From Candidatus Eiseniibacteriota bacterium (GTDB taxonomy: Bacteria; Eisenbacteria; RBG-16-71-46), in the NCBI GenBank assembly GCA_044223005.1, contig JBGAML010000010.1, positions 32,001 to 96,000 of the forward strand: DNA of 64,000 bases, read 5' to 3'. Of the stretch, positions 8,660 through 17,801 are shown one piece after another. The first letter of the stretch is position 1. The number at the start of each line of letters is the position of its first letter. The position numbers and the translations under genes were made by a program. The notes under the pieces are model-generated. The model had not been told where the DNA came from. It ran no database searches and was given only the letters and a program-made list of their open reading frames with translations.

Positions 8660-11600
8660 TCCACCCGGCGCGGCGGGAGGGACGCTTCCTCCCGCCGCTC
8701 GCCGCGTTCGCGCTGGCGCTGGGGCTGATCGCCCCGGCGCCCGCGCACGCGGCTCCACCCGCGGGCAGCGCGGTGGACAACACCGCGTCCTGCAACGCCC
8801 GCGATTCACTCTCGGGACTGGCGGTCTCGGGGACGAGCAACACCGTCTCCGTCACCGTCCAGCCGCTGGAGGGCCTGTCCCTCGCCCCCGACCGGGGCGG
8901 TACGGGACTGCCCGGCGCGACGGTCCTGCTGCGCCACGAACTCGCCAACCGCGGCAACGTCGCGAGCGAGGTGCGGCTCGATCCGCTCCCCCTGCCCGGC
9001 GGCGACTTCGCCGTGGCGGCGATCGGCTTCGTGCGCGACCGCGATCGCGACGGCACCGTGAGCGCGGGCGACACGCCCGTGGCCTCCGGCGGCACCGTCA
9101 CGCTCGCCGCCGGCGATTCGGCGTCGCTGCTCGTGCTGGCCACGCTGCCCACGGGCGTTTCCGCGTACGCGCGCGCGCGTATCCAAGTCACGGCGACCAC
9201 GCTCGGCCAGGGCGCGACCGCCGCGGTGACCGACACGCTGGTCGCGCTGCCCGCGATCGCGCCGCCGGCGCTGGCGTTCTTCGACGGCCCGGGCTTCGCC
9301 CGCGTCGCGCACGCCACCGCCCTCGGCGCCCCGCTGTGGCTGCAGGCGACCGCGGTGCTCGGCGACCGCGACACGCTCGCCGCCGACACGCTGACCGTCA
9401 CGCTCGCCTCGCGCATCGCCGCCGACCAGTTCGTCGCGACGCTGGTCGAGACCGGCCCACACACCGGCGTCTTTCGCGCCGCCGGCGTGCCGGTCGCGCA
9501 GTGGTCGCCCGGCAACGGCGCGACGCAGCAGAACGCGCTGCTCCAGGCGCGCGGCGACCAGATCACCGCGGACCTCGCGGGCTTCGGCGCCACGAGCACC
9601 CGCGCGAGCGTGTGGGTCGAGCCGGGCGGCGTGGTGTTCGACGCACGCACCGGCGCCACCGTCGCCGGCGCCGGCGTGCGGCTCGTGGACGAGACCGGCG
9701 CCGGCAACGGCGGCGTGCCCGGTGGCGACGCGCGCGTCTGGCAGGACGACGGCACCACGCCGGCGGCGGCGCGCGTGCGCAGCGACGGCGAGGGTCGCTT
9801 CGCGTTCCCGCTCGTCGCCGCGAGCACCTACCGCGTCGAGGTCACGCCGCCCGCGCCGTACGCGTTCCCGTCGCAGGCGAGCGCGGCGTCGCTCGCGATC
9901 GGCCACGTGATCGACCCGGCCGGCTCGTGGGGCGGCAGCTTCACGATCGCCGAGCCGTTCGCGCCGGTCGTGCTCGACCTGCCCGTCGACGCGCACGTCC
10001 CGGTCGTGCTGTTCGCCGAGAAGACCGCGAGCCCGGCGGTCGCCGAATGGGGCGACGGGATCGAGTACCGGCTGCGCGTCGCGAACCGCTCCGACAGCAC
10101 GCTCGACTCGGTGCGCGTCGAGGACGCGCTGCCGGCGGGCTTCGCGTTCGTTCCCGGCAGCGCGCGGCTCGGCACCGCGGCGCTCGCGGTGGTCGCCGAC
10201 GGCCACGGCCACGTCGCGTTCGCGCCCGGCGCGATGGCGCCGCAGGCCGTGATCGAGATCCGCTACCGCGCCCGCATCGGCTCGGGTGCGCCGCGCGGCG
10301 AAGCCACCAGCGCGGCGCAGGCGCACGCCGGCGCGGTGCGCTCGAACCTCGCCGCCGCCACGGTGCGCGTGCTGCCCGACGCGTTCGCGGACGAGGGCAC
10401 GATCGCGGGATCGGTGTCCGCGGTCGACGCGCGCGGCGCCGTGCTCGCGGGCCTGGCCGGCGTGCGGCTCTGGCTCGACGACGGCACGTGGGCGGTGACC
10501 GACGAGCGCGGCCGCTTCAGCTTCACGAACGTCGCGCCGCGCACGCACGCCCTGAAGCTCGACCCGGTGACGCTGCCCGCGCACGCGCACCCGGTCGCGC
10601 TCGACCACCGCGACGCCGGCACGCCCGGGCTGCGGTTCGTGGACCTCGTGCGCGGCGAACTCGCGCACGCGGACTTCGCGGTCGCGGGCGACACCACGCT
10701 GCGCGAAGCCGCCGAGCAGCGCCGGCAGGTGATCGCCGCGCGCGCCGCCGACGAACGCACGCGCGCGCTGGCGCTGGGCTTCGAGCCCCGGCCCGCGGCG
10801 CTCCCGACCGGCGACGCCCGCGCGCTGCCCGCGGCGCGCATCGTGACCGGCGAGTCGAGCGCGCCGGCGCTGACCGCGGCGCTCGCCGTCGCCCGCACGC
10901 CCGCACCTGCGGCGGCGGCCGTGCCACCGCTCGAAGCGCGGCTCGCGTCGTTCACGCCCGAGCCGGGCTTCGTCGGGATCGCCGATCTCGACACCGTCAA
11001 CGCCTCGCAGGTGACCGTGACGGCCAAGGGCCGCGCGGGCGACGTGCTCACGCTGCGCGTCAACGGCGAGGACGTGCCGGCGTCGCGCATCGGCCGGCAG
11101 CTGACCGCGGCCGCCGCGGGCATCGAGGCACGCGAATGGATCGGCGTGCCGCTGCAGCCGGGCGTCAACGCGCTCGAGCTCGCGTCGTCGTGGACCTCGA
11201 CGCCGGTGCGCCTGCGCGTGGTCGCGCCGGGCGCGCTCGCGAAGCTGCTGCTCGTGCCGCCTCGCGGCCTGCCCGCCGACGGCCGCTCCGCCGGCACGCT
11301 GCGCCTGCGCGCGGTCGACGAGGCCGGCGTGCCCGTCGCGGGCCGCACGCTCGTCACGCTGGAGAGCGGGCTCGCGAAGATCGACGCGACCGACCTCGAC
11401 CCGGCCACGCCGGGCGTCCAGGTCGCGCTCGACGACGGCCGCGCCGACGTCGCGCTGGTCGCGCCGGCGACGCCGGGGCCGCAGCGGCTCGCCGCGAGCG
11501 CCGGCGAGGTGCGCGGCAGCGCGCTCGCCGACTTCCTGCCCGACCTGCGGCCGCTCATGCTCGTCGGCGCCGCCGAGGGCGTGATCTCGCTCACCGGGTT

Positions 11601-13989
11601 CCCGCGCCGCGGCCCGGCGGGCGCCGCCGACGGCGCGTCGTTCGAAGCGCCCATCACGCAGTTCGCCTCCACCAGCACCGACGGTGCGCTCGGCGCTGCG
11701 GCGCACGGTGCGCTGTTCGCGCGCGGGCGCGTGGGCGAGCGCACGCTCCTCACGATGGGCTGGAACTCCGACGTGGCGCCCGACCAGCGGCTCTTCCGCG
11801 ACCTGCAGCCGGGGCACGAGCCACCGGTCGTGGGCGACGCGTCGACGCGCGGCTACGAGGCGCAGACGACCGGCCAGCTGTACGCGAAGCTCGAGCAGCC
11901 CGGCGCGTCGGTGCTCTACGGCGACTTCACGAACACGGGCACCGGCACGCGCACGCTGGGCAACTACAGCCGCAGCCTGACCGGCGCGACCGCGGACTGG
12001 AACCGCGGACGGGCGCACGTGGTCGCGTTCACGAGCCGCACGCATTCGCACCGCGCGACCGTCGAGCTGCCGGGCAACGGCACCTCGGGCCCCTACGTGA
12101 TCCCGCACGCGCCGCTCGCGGAGAACTCGGAGCGGATCGAGATCGTGACGCGCGACCGCGCGCAGCCCGCGGTCGTGGTAACGAGCGAATCGCGCGAGCG
12201 GTTCATGGACTACGAGCTCGACCCGCTCACGGGCCGGCTGCTCTTCCGCACGCCCGTGCCCAGCGTCGACGCGGACCTGAACCCCGTGTCGGTGCGCGTC
12301 ACCTACGAGACGGAAGGCGACGGCGAGGCGAGCTGGGTCCACGGCGTCGACGCGCGCACGCGCGTGTCGCGCCACCTCGAGGTGGGCGCGCTGGTCGTGG
12401 ACGATCACGATCCGGCCGCGCCGTTCGAGCTGCGCTCGGCGTCCGCTTCGGCCGCGCTCGGCCCGCACACCGCGCTCGACGCGGAGTGGGCCGGCACGAT
12501 GCACCCCGGCACGAGCGCGCTCGCGAACGCGGGCCGGTTCGAGTTGCGGCACGACGCCGGCGGCACGCAGGCGCGGGTGTGGGGCGTGGCGACGGCGCGC
12601 GGATTCGACAACCCCGGCGCCGGCGTGGCGGGCGGCCGCAACGAATCCGGCGCGCGGCTCTCGCTGCGCCTGCCCTCGCGCGCGCACCTGGTCGCGGAAG
12701 CGCTGCGCAGCGCCGACGCCGCAGGGCGCGACGTCACCGAGGGCGCGCTCGTCGCCGTGGACCGCCCGATCGCCGAGGCGCTCCGCGGCGAGTTCGGCGT
12801 GCGCGTCGCGCAGTCGCGCCACGCCTCCGGCGTCGCCGACGAGCCCGCGAGCACCGCGCTGCGCGGCAAGCTCACGCTGCAGCTGCCGCGCCACCCGGCG
12901 TGGAGCGGCTACGGCGAGTTCGAGCAGGACACCCGCGAGGGCGAGCGCCGCATGGCCGCCCTGGGCGGCGAGTACCGCTTCGCGCGCCGCGGCCGGTTCT
13001 ACGCGCGGCACGAACTGTTGTCGGGCTTCGCGTCGCCGTGGGCGCTGACCGGCGCGCAGCAGCAGCTGTCGAGCATCGCGGGCGTCGACGCCGACCTCGC
13101 GGGCGACACGCACTTGTTCGGCGAGTACCGCCTGCCGCAGGCGATCGCTTCGCGCGACGCGCAGGCGGCGGTCGGCCTGCGCAACGGCTGGACGATCGCC
13201 GACGGCACGCGCCTCGGCGTCACGTTCGAGCGCGTGACGCCGCTCGCCGGCAACGCCGCCGGCCCGAGCACGGCGGCGAGCGCGAGCGTGGACTTCACCG
13301 GCAACCCGCAGTGGCGGGGATCGTCGCGGCTCGAGATGCGCACGAGCCGCCCGAGCGACCAGTACGTGCAGAGCATGGCGGCCGCGATCAAGGTGGACAG
13401 CCTGTGGACCGCGCTCGGCCGCTGGCTCGTGACGCTCACCGACGGCCGTGACGGCCGCGGCGAGGCGCAGGCGCGGCTGCAGGTCGCGCTGGCGCGGCGC
13501 GGCCCGCACGCCGACGCGCTCGGCCGCTGGGAGCTGCGCTACGACGGCGCGACCGCCGTGGGCGAGACGCGTCACGTGCGCGTCGCCAACATCGCCACGC
13601 TCGCGGGCGGTGCGCGCTGGCGCACGTGGGCGGGCTCGCTCGGCTGGGCGGGCAAGCGCACGATGGATCGCGCCGACGGCTTCGCCGCGCCCGGCGGCGC
13701 GCAGTGGCTGCACGGCCGCGTGACGCGCGACCTCGGCCGCGACTGGGACGCGGGCGTGAACGCCGGCGTTCTCACGGGCGCGCGGCTGTCGGACCGCCAG
13801 CTCGGGCTCGGGATCGAAGTAGGCCGCGTACTGCCCGGCGGCACGTGGCTGTCGGTGGGTGCGAACCGGTTCGGGTTCGAGGACCGCGAGCTGGCCGGCG
13901 AATCGTGGACGAAGCAGGGTGCGTACGTGCGCCTCCGCGTCAAGTTCGACGAGTCGCTGCTGCGCCGCGACGCGGGGGTGGTGCCGTGA
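8656..13989 (+). CDS. Very large exported protein with Ig/DUF11/SdrD-like domains and a C-terminal predicted outer-membrane beta-barrel (candidate base/usher)
   Basis: GTG start overlaps the upstream TGA (GTGA); signal peptide AHA|APPAG; internal DUF11 (AEKTAS..GDGIEYRLRVAN..EDALPAGF); about 800 aa of amphipathic strands ending GAYVRLRVKF. Confidence 0.8.
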   Translation: MIHPARREGRFLPPLAAFALALGLIAPAPAHAAPPAGSAVDNTASCNARDSLSGLAVSGTSNTVSVTVQPLEGLSLAPDRGGTGLPGATVLLRHELANRGNVASEVRLDPLPLPGGDFAVAAIGFVRDRDRDGTVSAGDTPVASGGTVTLAAGDSASLLVLATLPTGVSAYARARIQVTATTLGQGATAAVTDTLVALPAIAPPALAFFDGPGFARVAHATALGAPLWLQATAVLGDRDTLAADTLTVTLASRIAADQFVATLVETGPHTGVFRAAGVPVAQWSPGNGATQQNALLQARGDQITADLAGFGATSTRASVWVEPGGVVFDARTGATVAGAGVRLVDETGAGNGGVPGGDARVWQDDGTTPAAARVRSDGEGRFAFPLVAASTYRVEVTPPAPYAFPSQASAASLAIGHVIDPAGSWGGSFTIAEPFAPVVLDLPVDAHVPVVLFAEKTASPAVAEWGDGIEYRLRVANRSDSTLDSVRVEDALPAGFAFVPGSARLGTAALAVVADGHGHVAFAPGAMAPQAVIEIRYRARIGSGAPRGEATSAAQAHAGAVRSNLAAATVRVLPDAFADEGTIAGSVSAVDARGAVLAGLAGVRLWLDDGTWAVTDERGRFSFTNVAPRTHALKLDPVTLPAHAHPVALDHRDAGTPGLRFVDLVRGELAHADFAVAGDTTLREAAEQRRQVIAARAADERTRALALGFEPRPAALPTGDARALPAARIVTGESSAPALTAALAVARTPAPAAAAVPPLEARLASFTPEPGFVGIADLDTVNASQVTVTAKGRAGDVLTLRVNGEDVPASRIGRQLTAAAAGIEAREWIGVPLQPGVNALELASSWTSTPVRLRVVAPGALAKLLLVPPRGLPADGRSAGTLRLRAVDEAGVPVAGRTLVTLESGLAKIDATDLDPATPGVQVALDDGRADVALVAPATPGPQRLAASAGEVRGSALADFLPDLRPLMLVGAAEGVISLTGFPRRGPAGAADGASFEAPITQFASTSTDGALGAAAHGALFARGRVGERTLLTMGWNSDVAPDQRLFRDLQPGHEPPVVGDASTRGYEAQTTGQLYAKLEQPGASVLYGDFTNTGTGTRTLGNYSRSLTGATADWNRGRAHVVAFTSRTHSHRATVELPGNGTSGPYVIPHAPLAENSERIEIVTRDRAQPAVVVTSESRERFMDYELDPLTGRLLFRTPVPSVDADLNPVSVRVTYETEGDGEASWVHGVDARTRVSRHLEVGALVVDDHDPAAPFELRSASASAALGPHTALDAEWAGTMHPGTSALANAGRFELRHDAGGTQARVWGVATARGFDNPGAGVAGGRNESGARLSLRLPSRAHLVAEALRSADAAGRDVTEGALVAVDRPIAEALRGEFGVRVAQSRHASGVADEPASTALRGKLTLQLPRHPAWSGYGEFEQDTREGERRMAALGGEYRFARRGRFYARHELLSGFASPWALTGAQQQLSSIAGVDADLAGDTHLFGEYRLPQAIASRDAQAAVGLRNGWTIADGTRLGVTFERVTPLAGNAAGPSTAASASVDFTGNPQWRGSSRLEMRTSRPSDQYVQSMAAAIKVDSLWTALGRWLVTLTDGRDGRGEAQARLQVALARRGPHADALGRWELRYDGATAVGETRHVRVANIATLAGGARWRTWAGSLGWAGKRTMDRADGFAAPGGAQWLHGRVTRDLGRDWDAGVNAGVLTGARLSDRQLGLGIEVGRVLPGGTWLSVGANRFGFEDRELAGESWTKQGAYVRLRVKFDESLLRRDAGVVP

Positions 13990-16898
13990 GCGCGCGGTTC
14001 CGCCGGATCGCCCTTGCGCTGCTGCTCGCCGGCAGCGCACTCGCCGCACCGCACGCGGCGCGGGCGCAGATCGTGCGCGCCTTCACGCCGCGTTTCACCG
14101 CGAGCCAGCCGGGCGACATCACGATCGTCGGCAACACCGTGATGACGTGCAATGGCGGCGGCACGTGCGCGAACGGCCAGGCCGGCGCCGGCACGAACGT
14201 CAACGACAACGACTTCACCATGGTCTACGTCGACGTGGACGGCGACGGCACCACGGTCAGCTCGAGCAACGCCACGCTCACGCTCCCGACCGGCGCGGGC
14301 GTGCTGTGGGCGGGGCTCTACTGGGGCGGCTACACCGGCGGCGGCAACCGCACGACGGTCCGGCTGCGCACGCCGGTCGCGGGCTACGTCACCGTAAACG
14401 CGGCACGCACCGACGCGTCGGGCCAGGCGTACCAGTGCTTCGCCGACGTCACGGCGCAGGTGCAGGCGGGCGGCGCCGGCAGCTACATGGTCGGCAACGT
14501 GCGCTCGACGCCCAACAACTCCAACGTGCACGCCGGCTGGGCGCTGGTCGTCGTCTACTCCGACGTCGCGCAGCCCTCGCGCAACCTCGTCGTCTTCGAC
14601 GGCTACGGCATGGTCTCGGGCACGACCAGCATGGGCTTCACGGTGAGCGGCTTCGTGACGCCGCCCGCGGGCGTGGTCAACACGCGGCTCGGCGTCGTGG
14701 CGTACGAGGGCGATCTCGGATTCACCGGCGACGCGTTCCAGCTCAATGGCAGCCCGCTCTCCGACGCGGCGAATCCCGCGGACAACTTCTTCAACAGCAC
14801 GATCGCGCGCTTCGGCACCCGCGTCGTCGACCGCAATCCCGCCTACCAGAACCAGCTCGGCTTCGACATCGACATGATCAACGCGTCGGGCAAGCTCCCG
14901 AACGGCGCGACCAGCGCCAACGTGCTGCTCACGACGAACGGCGACACCTACTACCCCGGCGTCGTGAGCTTCGCGACCGACCTCTACTCACCGGTGTTCG
15001 ACGCCACGAGCTTCACCAAGACCGTGACCGACCTGAACGGCGGCACGGTGCGGCCCGGCGACGTGCTCGAGTACACGATGACGATGCGCAACACCGGCCA
15101 GGACAACGCGCTCGCCTGCGCGCTGCGCGACACGCTACCCGCCAACGTCACCTACGTTGCGGGCTCGCTGAGCGTGGCGAGCGGCCCCAACGCCGGCACC
15201 AAGACCGACGCGTCGGGCGACGACGTGATGGACTACCTCGCCGCCGCGCGGTGCGTGGTCGCGCGGCTCGGCACGGGCGCCACCGCCGCCGCGGGCGGGC
15301 GGCTCGACATCGGCGTCACGACGAGCGTGAAGTTCCGCGTCACGGTCAACGCCGGCACGGCTTCCGGCACCGCGATCTCGAACCAGGCCGTGCTCACCGT
15401 GACGGGTGCGCAGACCAACGCCACGTTCGTCTCGCGCAGCGACGGCGATGCGGTCACGCCGGGCGTGCAGCCGACCACCGTCACGGTGACGAGCGGCGTC
15501 TCCGTGAGCGGCACCGTCTACTCGGACGCGAACCACGACGGCGCGCGGCAGTCGGGCGAGCTCGGCACGGGCACGGCGCTCTACGTGAAGCTCTTCACGC
15601 CGTCGGGCACCACCGCCGTGCAGGTGGCCGCGGCCTCGCCCGCGAGCGGCGACTACGCGTTCGGCGCCGTGAGCCCCGGCACGTATCGCCTCGTGCTCGA
15701 CGGCTCGAGCGACCCCGCCGACGCGACGCCCACGATCCCGCCCGGCTGGCTCGGGCTGCAGAACGGCAGCGGCCTCGTCACCGGCGTCGTGGTCGGCAGC
15801 ACGTCGATCGCGGGCGGCGATTTCGGGCTCTGGCACGGCAGCCGGCTGGACGGCGTCGTGTTCCGCGACGACGCCGGCACGAGCGGCATCGCCAACAACG
15901 GCGTGAAGGACGCGACGGAGACCGGCGTCGCCAACGTGCGCGTGCGCCTCGGTGCCGCGTGTGCCGGCGGCGCGTGCGACAGCGCGCTCACCGACGCAGG
16001 TGGCGCGTTCTCGCTGTGGCTCCCGTTCGCGGGAGCGACCGGCACCGCGACGGTGACGCTCGTCGAGCCGCTCGGCTGGCTCGCGACCGGCGGCGGCGCC
16101 GGCACCACCGGTGGCGCGTACGCGCGCACGCCGCTCGCCGTCACGTTCCCCGCCGCGGCCGGCGTCACATGGAGCGGCGTCGCGTTCGGCGAGGTGCCGG
16201 GCAACCGCTGGCTCGCGCCCGGCGCGCGCACGGTGGCGCCCGGCGGGGTCGCGTTCTATTCGCACACGTTCACCGCGGGCTCGGCCGGCAGCGTGCGGCT
16301 CGCCGGCGGCGAAACGCCGGTGCCCGTGCTGCCGGGCTGGGACCTCGAGCTCTATCGCGACAGCAACTGCAACGGCGTCGTCGACCTGGGCGAGCCACGT
16401 CTCGCCGCGACCGACGCGATCGCGCTCGCCGCGGGCCAGCAGGTGTGCGTGATCGCGCGCCACGTCGCGCCGCCGGGCGCGCCACCGCTCGCACGCGAGA
16501 CCGCCACGCTGACCGCGAGCTTCACGTACGCCAACGCGAGTCCCGCGCTCGCATCGAGCCAGTCGCTCGACGACGTCACCACCGTGAGCGCCGCGGGCGG
16601 GCTCGTGATCACCAAGAGCGTCGACCGCGCCAACGCCGCGCCCGGCGACCTGCTCACGTACACGATCACCTACTCCAACCCGGGCAACGCGCCGCTCTCC
16701 AACATCGTGATCCGCGACGCGACGCCGACGTGGACCGTCTTCCAGTCCGCCGCCTGCGGCACCGCGGGCAGCGGCATCACGGGCTGCACGCCCGCGAGCC
16801 CCGCGGTGGGAGCGAGCGGCACGCTGTCCTGGACGCTGGCCGGCAGCCTCGCGCCGGGCGGCTCGGGCACGGTCACGTTCACGGTGCGGGTCCAGTAG
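13986..16898 (+). CDS. Exported DUF11/SdrD-B-like adhesin with N-terminal beta-sandwich head (candidate tip subunit)
   Basis: GTGA-coupled start; signal peptide ARA|QIV; N-terminal domain with AGLYWGG and AGWALVVVY; complete internal DUF11; SdrD-B-like VSGTVYSDANHDG; C-terminal DUF11 ending TVTFTVRVQ*. Confidence 0.8.
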   Translation: MSARFRRIALALLLAGSALAAPHAARAQIVRAFTPRFTASQPGDITIVGNTVMTCNGGGTCANGQAGAGTNVNDNDFTMVYVDVDGDGTTVSSSNATLTLPTGAGVLWAGLYWGGYTGGGNRTTVRLRTPVAGYVTVNAARTDASGQAYQCFADVTAQVQAGGAGSYMVGNVRSTPNNSNVHAGWALVVVYSDVAQPSRNLVVFDGYGMVSGTTSMGFTVSGFVTPPAGVVNTRLGVVAYEGDLGFTGDAFQLNGSPLSDAANPADNFFNSTIARFGTRVVDRNPAYQNQLGFDIDMINASGKLPNGATSANVLLTTNGDTYYPGVVSFATDLYSPVFDATSFTKTVTDLNGGTVRPGDVLEYTMTMRNTGQDNALACALRDTLPANVTYVAGSLSVASGPNAGTKTDASGDDVMDYLAAARCVVARLGTGATAAAGGRLDIGVTTSVKFRVTVNAGTASGTAISNQAVLTVTGAQTNATFVSRSDGDAVTPGVQPTTVTVTSGVSVSGTVYSDANHDGARQSGELGTGTALYVKLFTPSGTTAVQVAAASPASGDYAFGAVSPGTYRLVLDGSSDPADATPTIPPGWLGLQNGSGLVTGVVVGSTSIAGGDFGLWHGSRLDGVVFRDDAGTSGIANNGVKDATETGVANVRVRLGAACAGGACDSALTDAGGAFSLWLPFAGATGTATVTLVEPLGWLATGGGAGTTGGAYARTPLAVTFPAAAGVTWSGVAFGEVPGNRWLAPGARTVAPGGVAFYSHTFTAGSAGSVRLAGGETPVPVLPGWDLELYRDSNCNGVVDLGEPRLAATDAIALAAGQQVCVIARHVAPPGAPPLARETATLTASFTYANASPALASSQSLDDVTTVSAAGGLVITKSVDRANAAPGDLLTYTITYSNPGNAPLSNIVIRDATPTWTVFQSAACGTAGSGITGCTPASPAVGASGTLSWTLAGSLAPGGSGTVTFTVRVQ

Positions 16899-16961
16899 CG
16901 CATTCGCAATCCACTGGGCGCCAACGCGTTTCGCGCGTGCGACGAGCGTGGAGCCGGGGCC

Positions 16962-16988
16962 TCAAGCCGGCGCCGAACCGACCGAGAC
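16962..16988 (+). promoter_or_regulatory. Sigma-28-like promoter motif in the intergenic region after the DUF11 operon
   Basis: TCAA-N15-ACCGAGAC. Confidence 0.3.
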
Positions 16989-17077
16989 TCCGAGAGACCG
17001 GAGCAGTGCCTGGAAGGGGTTCGCGCTTCGGCACGCGATCCGGCGTCGCCCTCGGGGTGGTGTCCGGAGCGGTGGAA

Positions 17078-17126
17078 GAAAAGCGATCCAGCCCCGCGGT
17101 CCCGAGGCCGCGGGGCCTCGCTTTTC
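17078..17126. terminator. Bidirectional-type intrinsic terminator
   Basis: GAAAAGCGA..GCCCCGCGGTC-ccga-GGCCGCGGGGC.TCGCTTTTC. Confidence 0.7.
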
Positions 17127-17276
17127 CGGCCGCCGGCGCACCCGACGCGCGGCGCGACCGCACCGGTCGGAAGCGCGGAACCAGATGCGGCATGCGGAGG
17201 TAGGAACGAGTGCGACCGGGCGAGATGTTATCCTCACGGCACTCCGTCTCCATCCCCTCCCCTCTCCGGAGAACGA

Positions 17277-17756
17277 ATGCCGTCGATTCCTCTCGTCGAG
17301 TATTTCCATGTCCTGCTCGGAATCGTCTTCACCGCCACGCTCTTCGCCTCGCAATGGAACATGGTCGCCGCACGCCGCACCGACAGCTGGCCGGAACGCG
17401 CCCGGCTCTTCGCGGCGAACCGCCGGCTCGCGCTGGTTTTCGCGCTGCCGTCGCTGCTCGCGGCCGGCGTTCTCGGGAACGTGCTCGCGGCACGCCTGGG
17501 CTTTCGCATGGCGGAGACTCGCTCGCTGCAACTCGTGACTGGATTGTGGATCGTGCTGCTGGTCATCCTGCTCGCGTTCGACCTGCCGCTCTCCTCGCAG
17601 CTCGCCGCCATGGCGAACACGGCGAGCAACGCCAGCAACGGCGGCCGGCCGGTCGGCTGGCAGGGTTCGATCACGCGCTGGCGAATGGCGAACGCAACGC
17701 AGATGATCGTGTTCCTGGTGCTGCTCTGGTTCATGGTCGCCGCGTGGCGGCAGTAG
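17277..17756 (+). CDS. Small four-TM membrane protein (DUF2269-like)
   Basis: GGAGA RBS; four hydrophobic helices, His in the first (YFHVLLG). Confidence 0.65.
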   Translation: MPSIPLVEYFHVLLGIVFTATLFASQWNMVAARRTDSWPERARLFAANRRLALVFALPSLLAAGVLGNVLAARLGFRMAETRSLQLVTGLWIVLLVILLAFDLPLSSQLAAMANTASNASNGGRPVGWQGSITRWRMANATQMIVFLVLLWFMVAAWRQ

Positions 17757-17801
17757 CCGTTCGCGCGGGCGGCGCACGCTGACCCACGGAGAACGCTCCT
17801 C

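Noticed and set aside
8806..14049. Very long antisense and alternate-frame ORFs (e.g. 8806-14049 minus, 9336-13451, 13859-17203, 52069-55263 minus)
   Set aside because: Arg/Ala/Gly-rich shadow ORFs expected at very high GC; they overlap well-supported genes and have no motifs.
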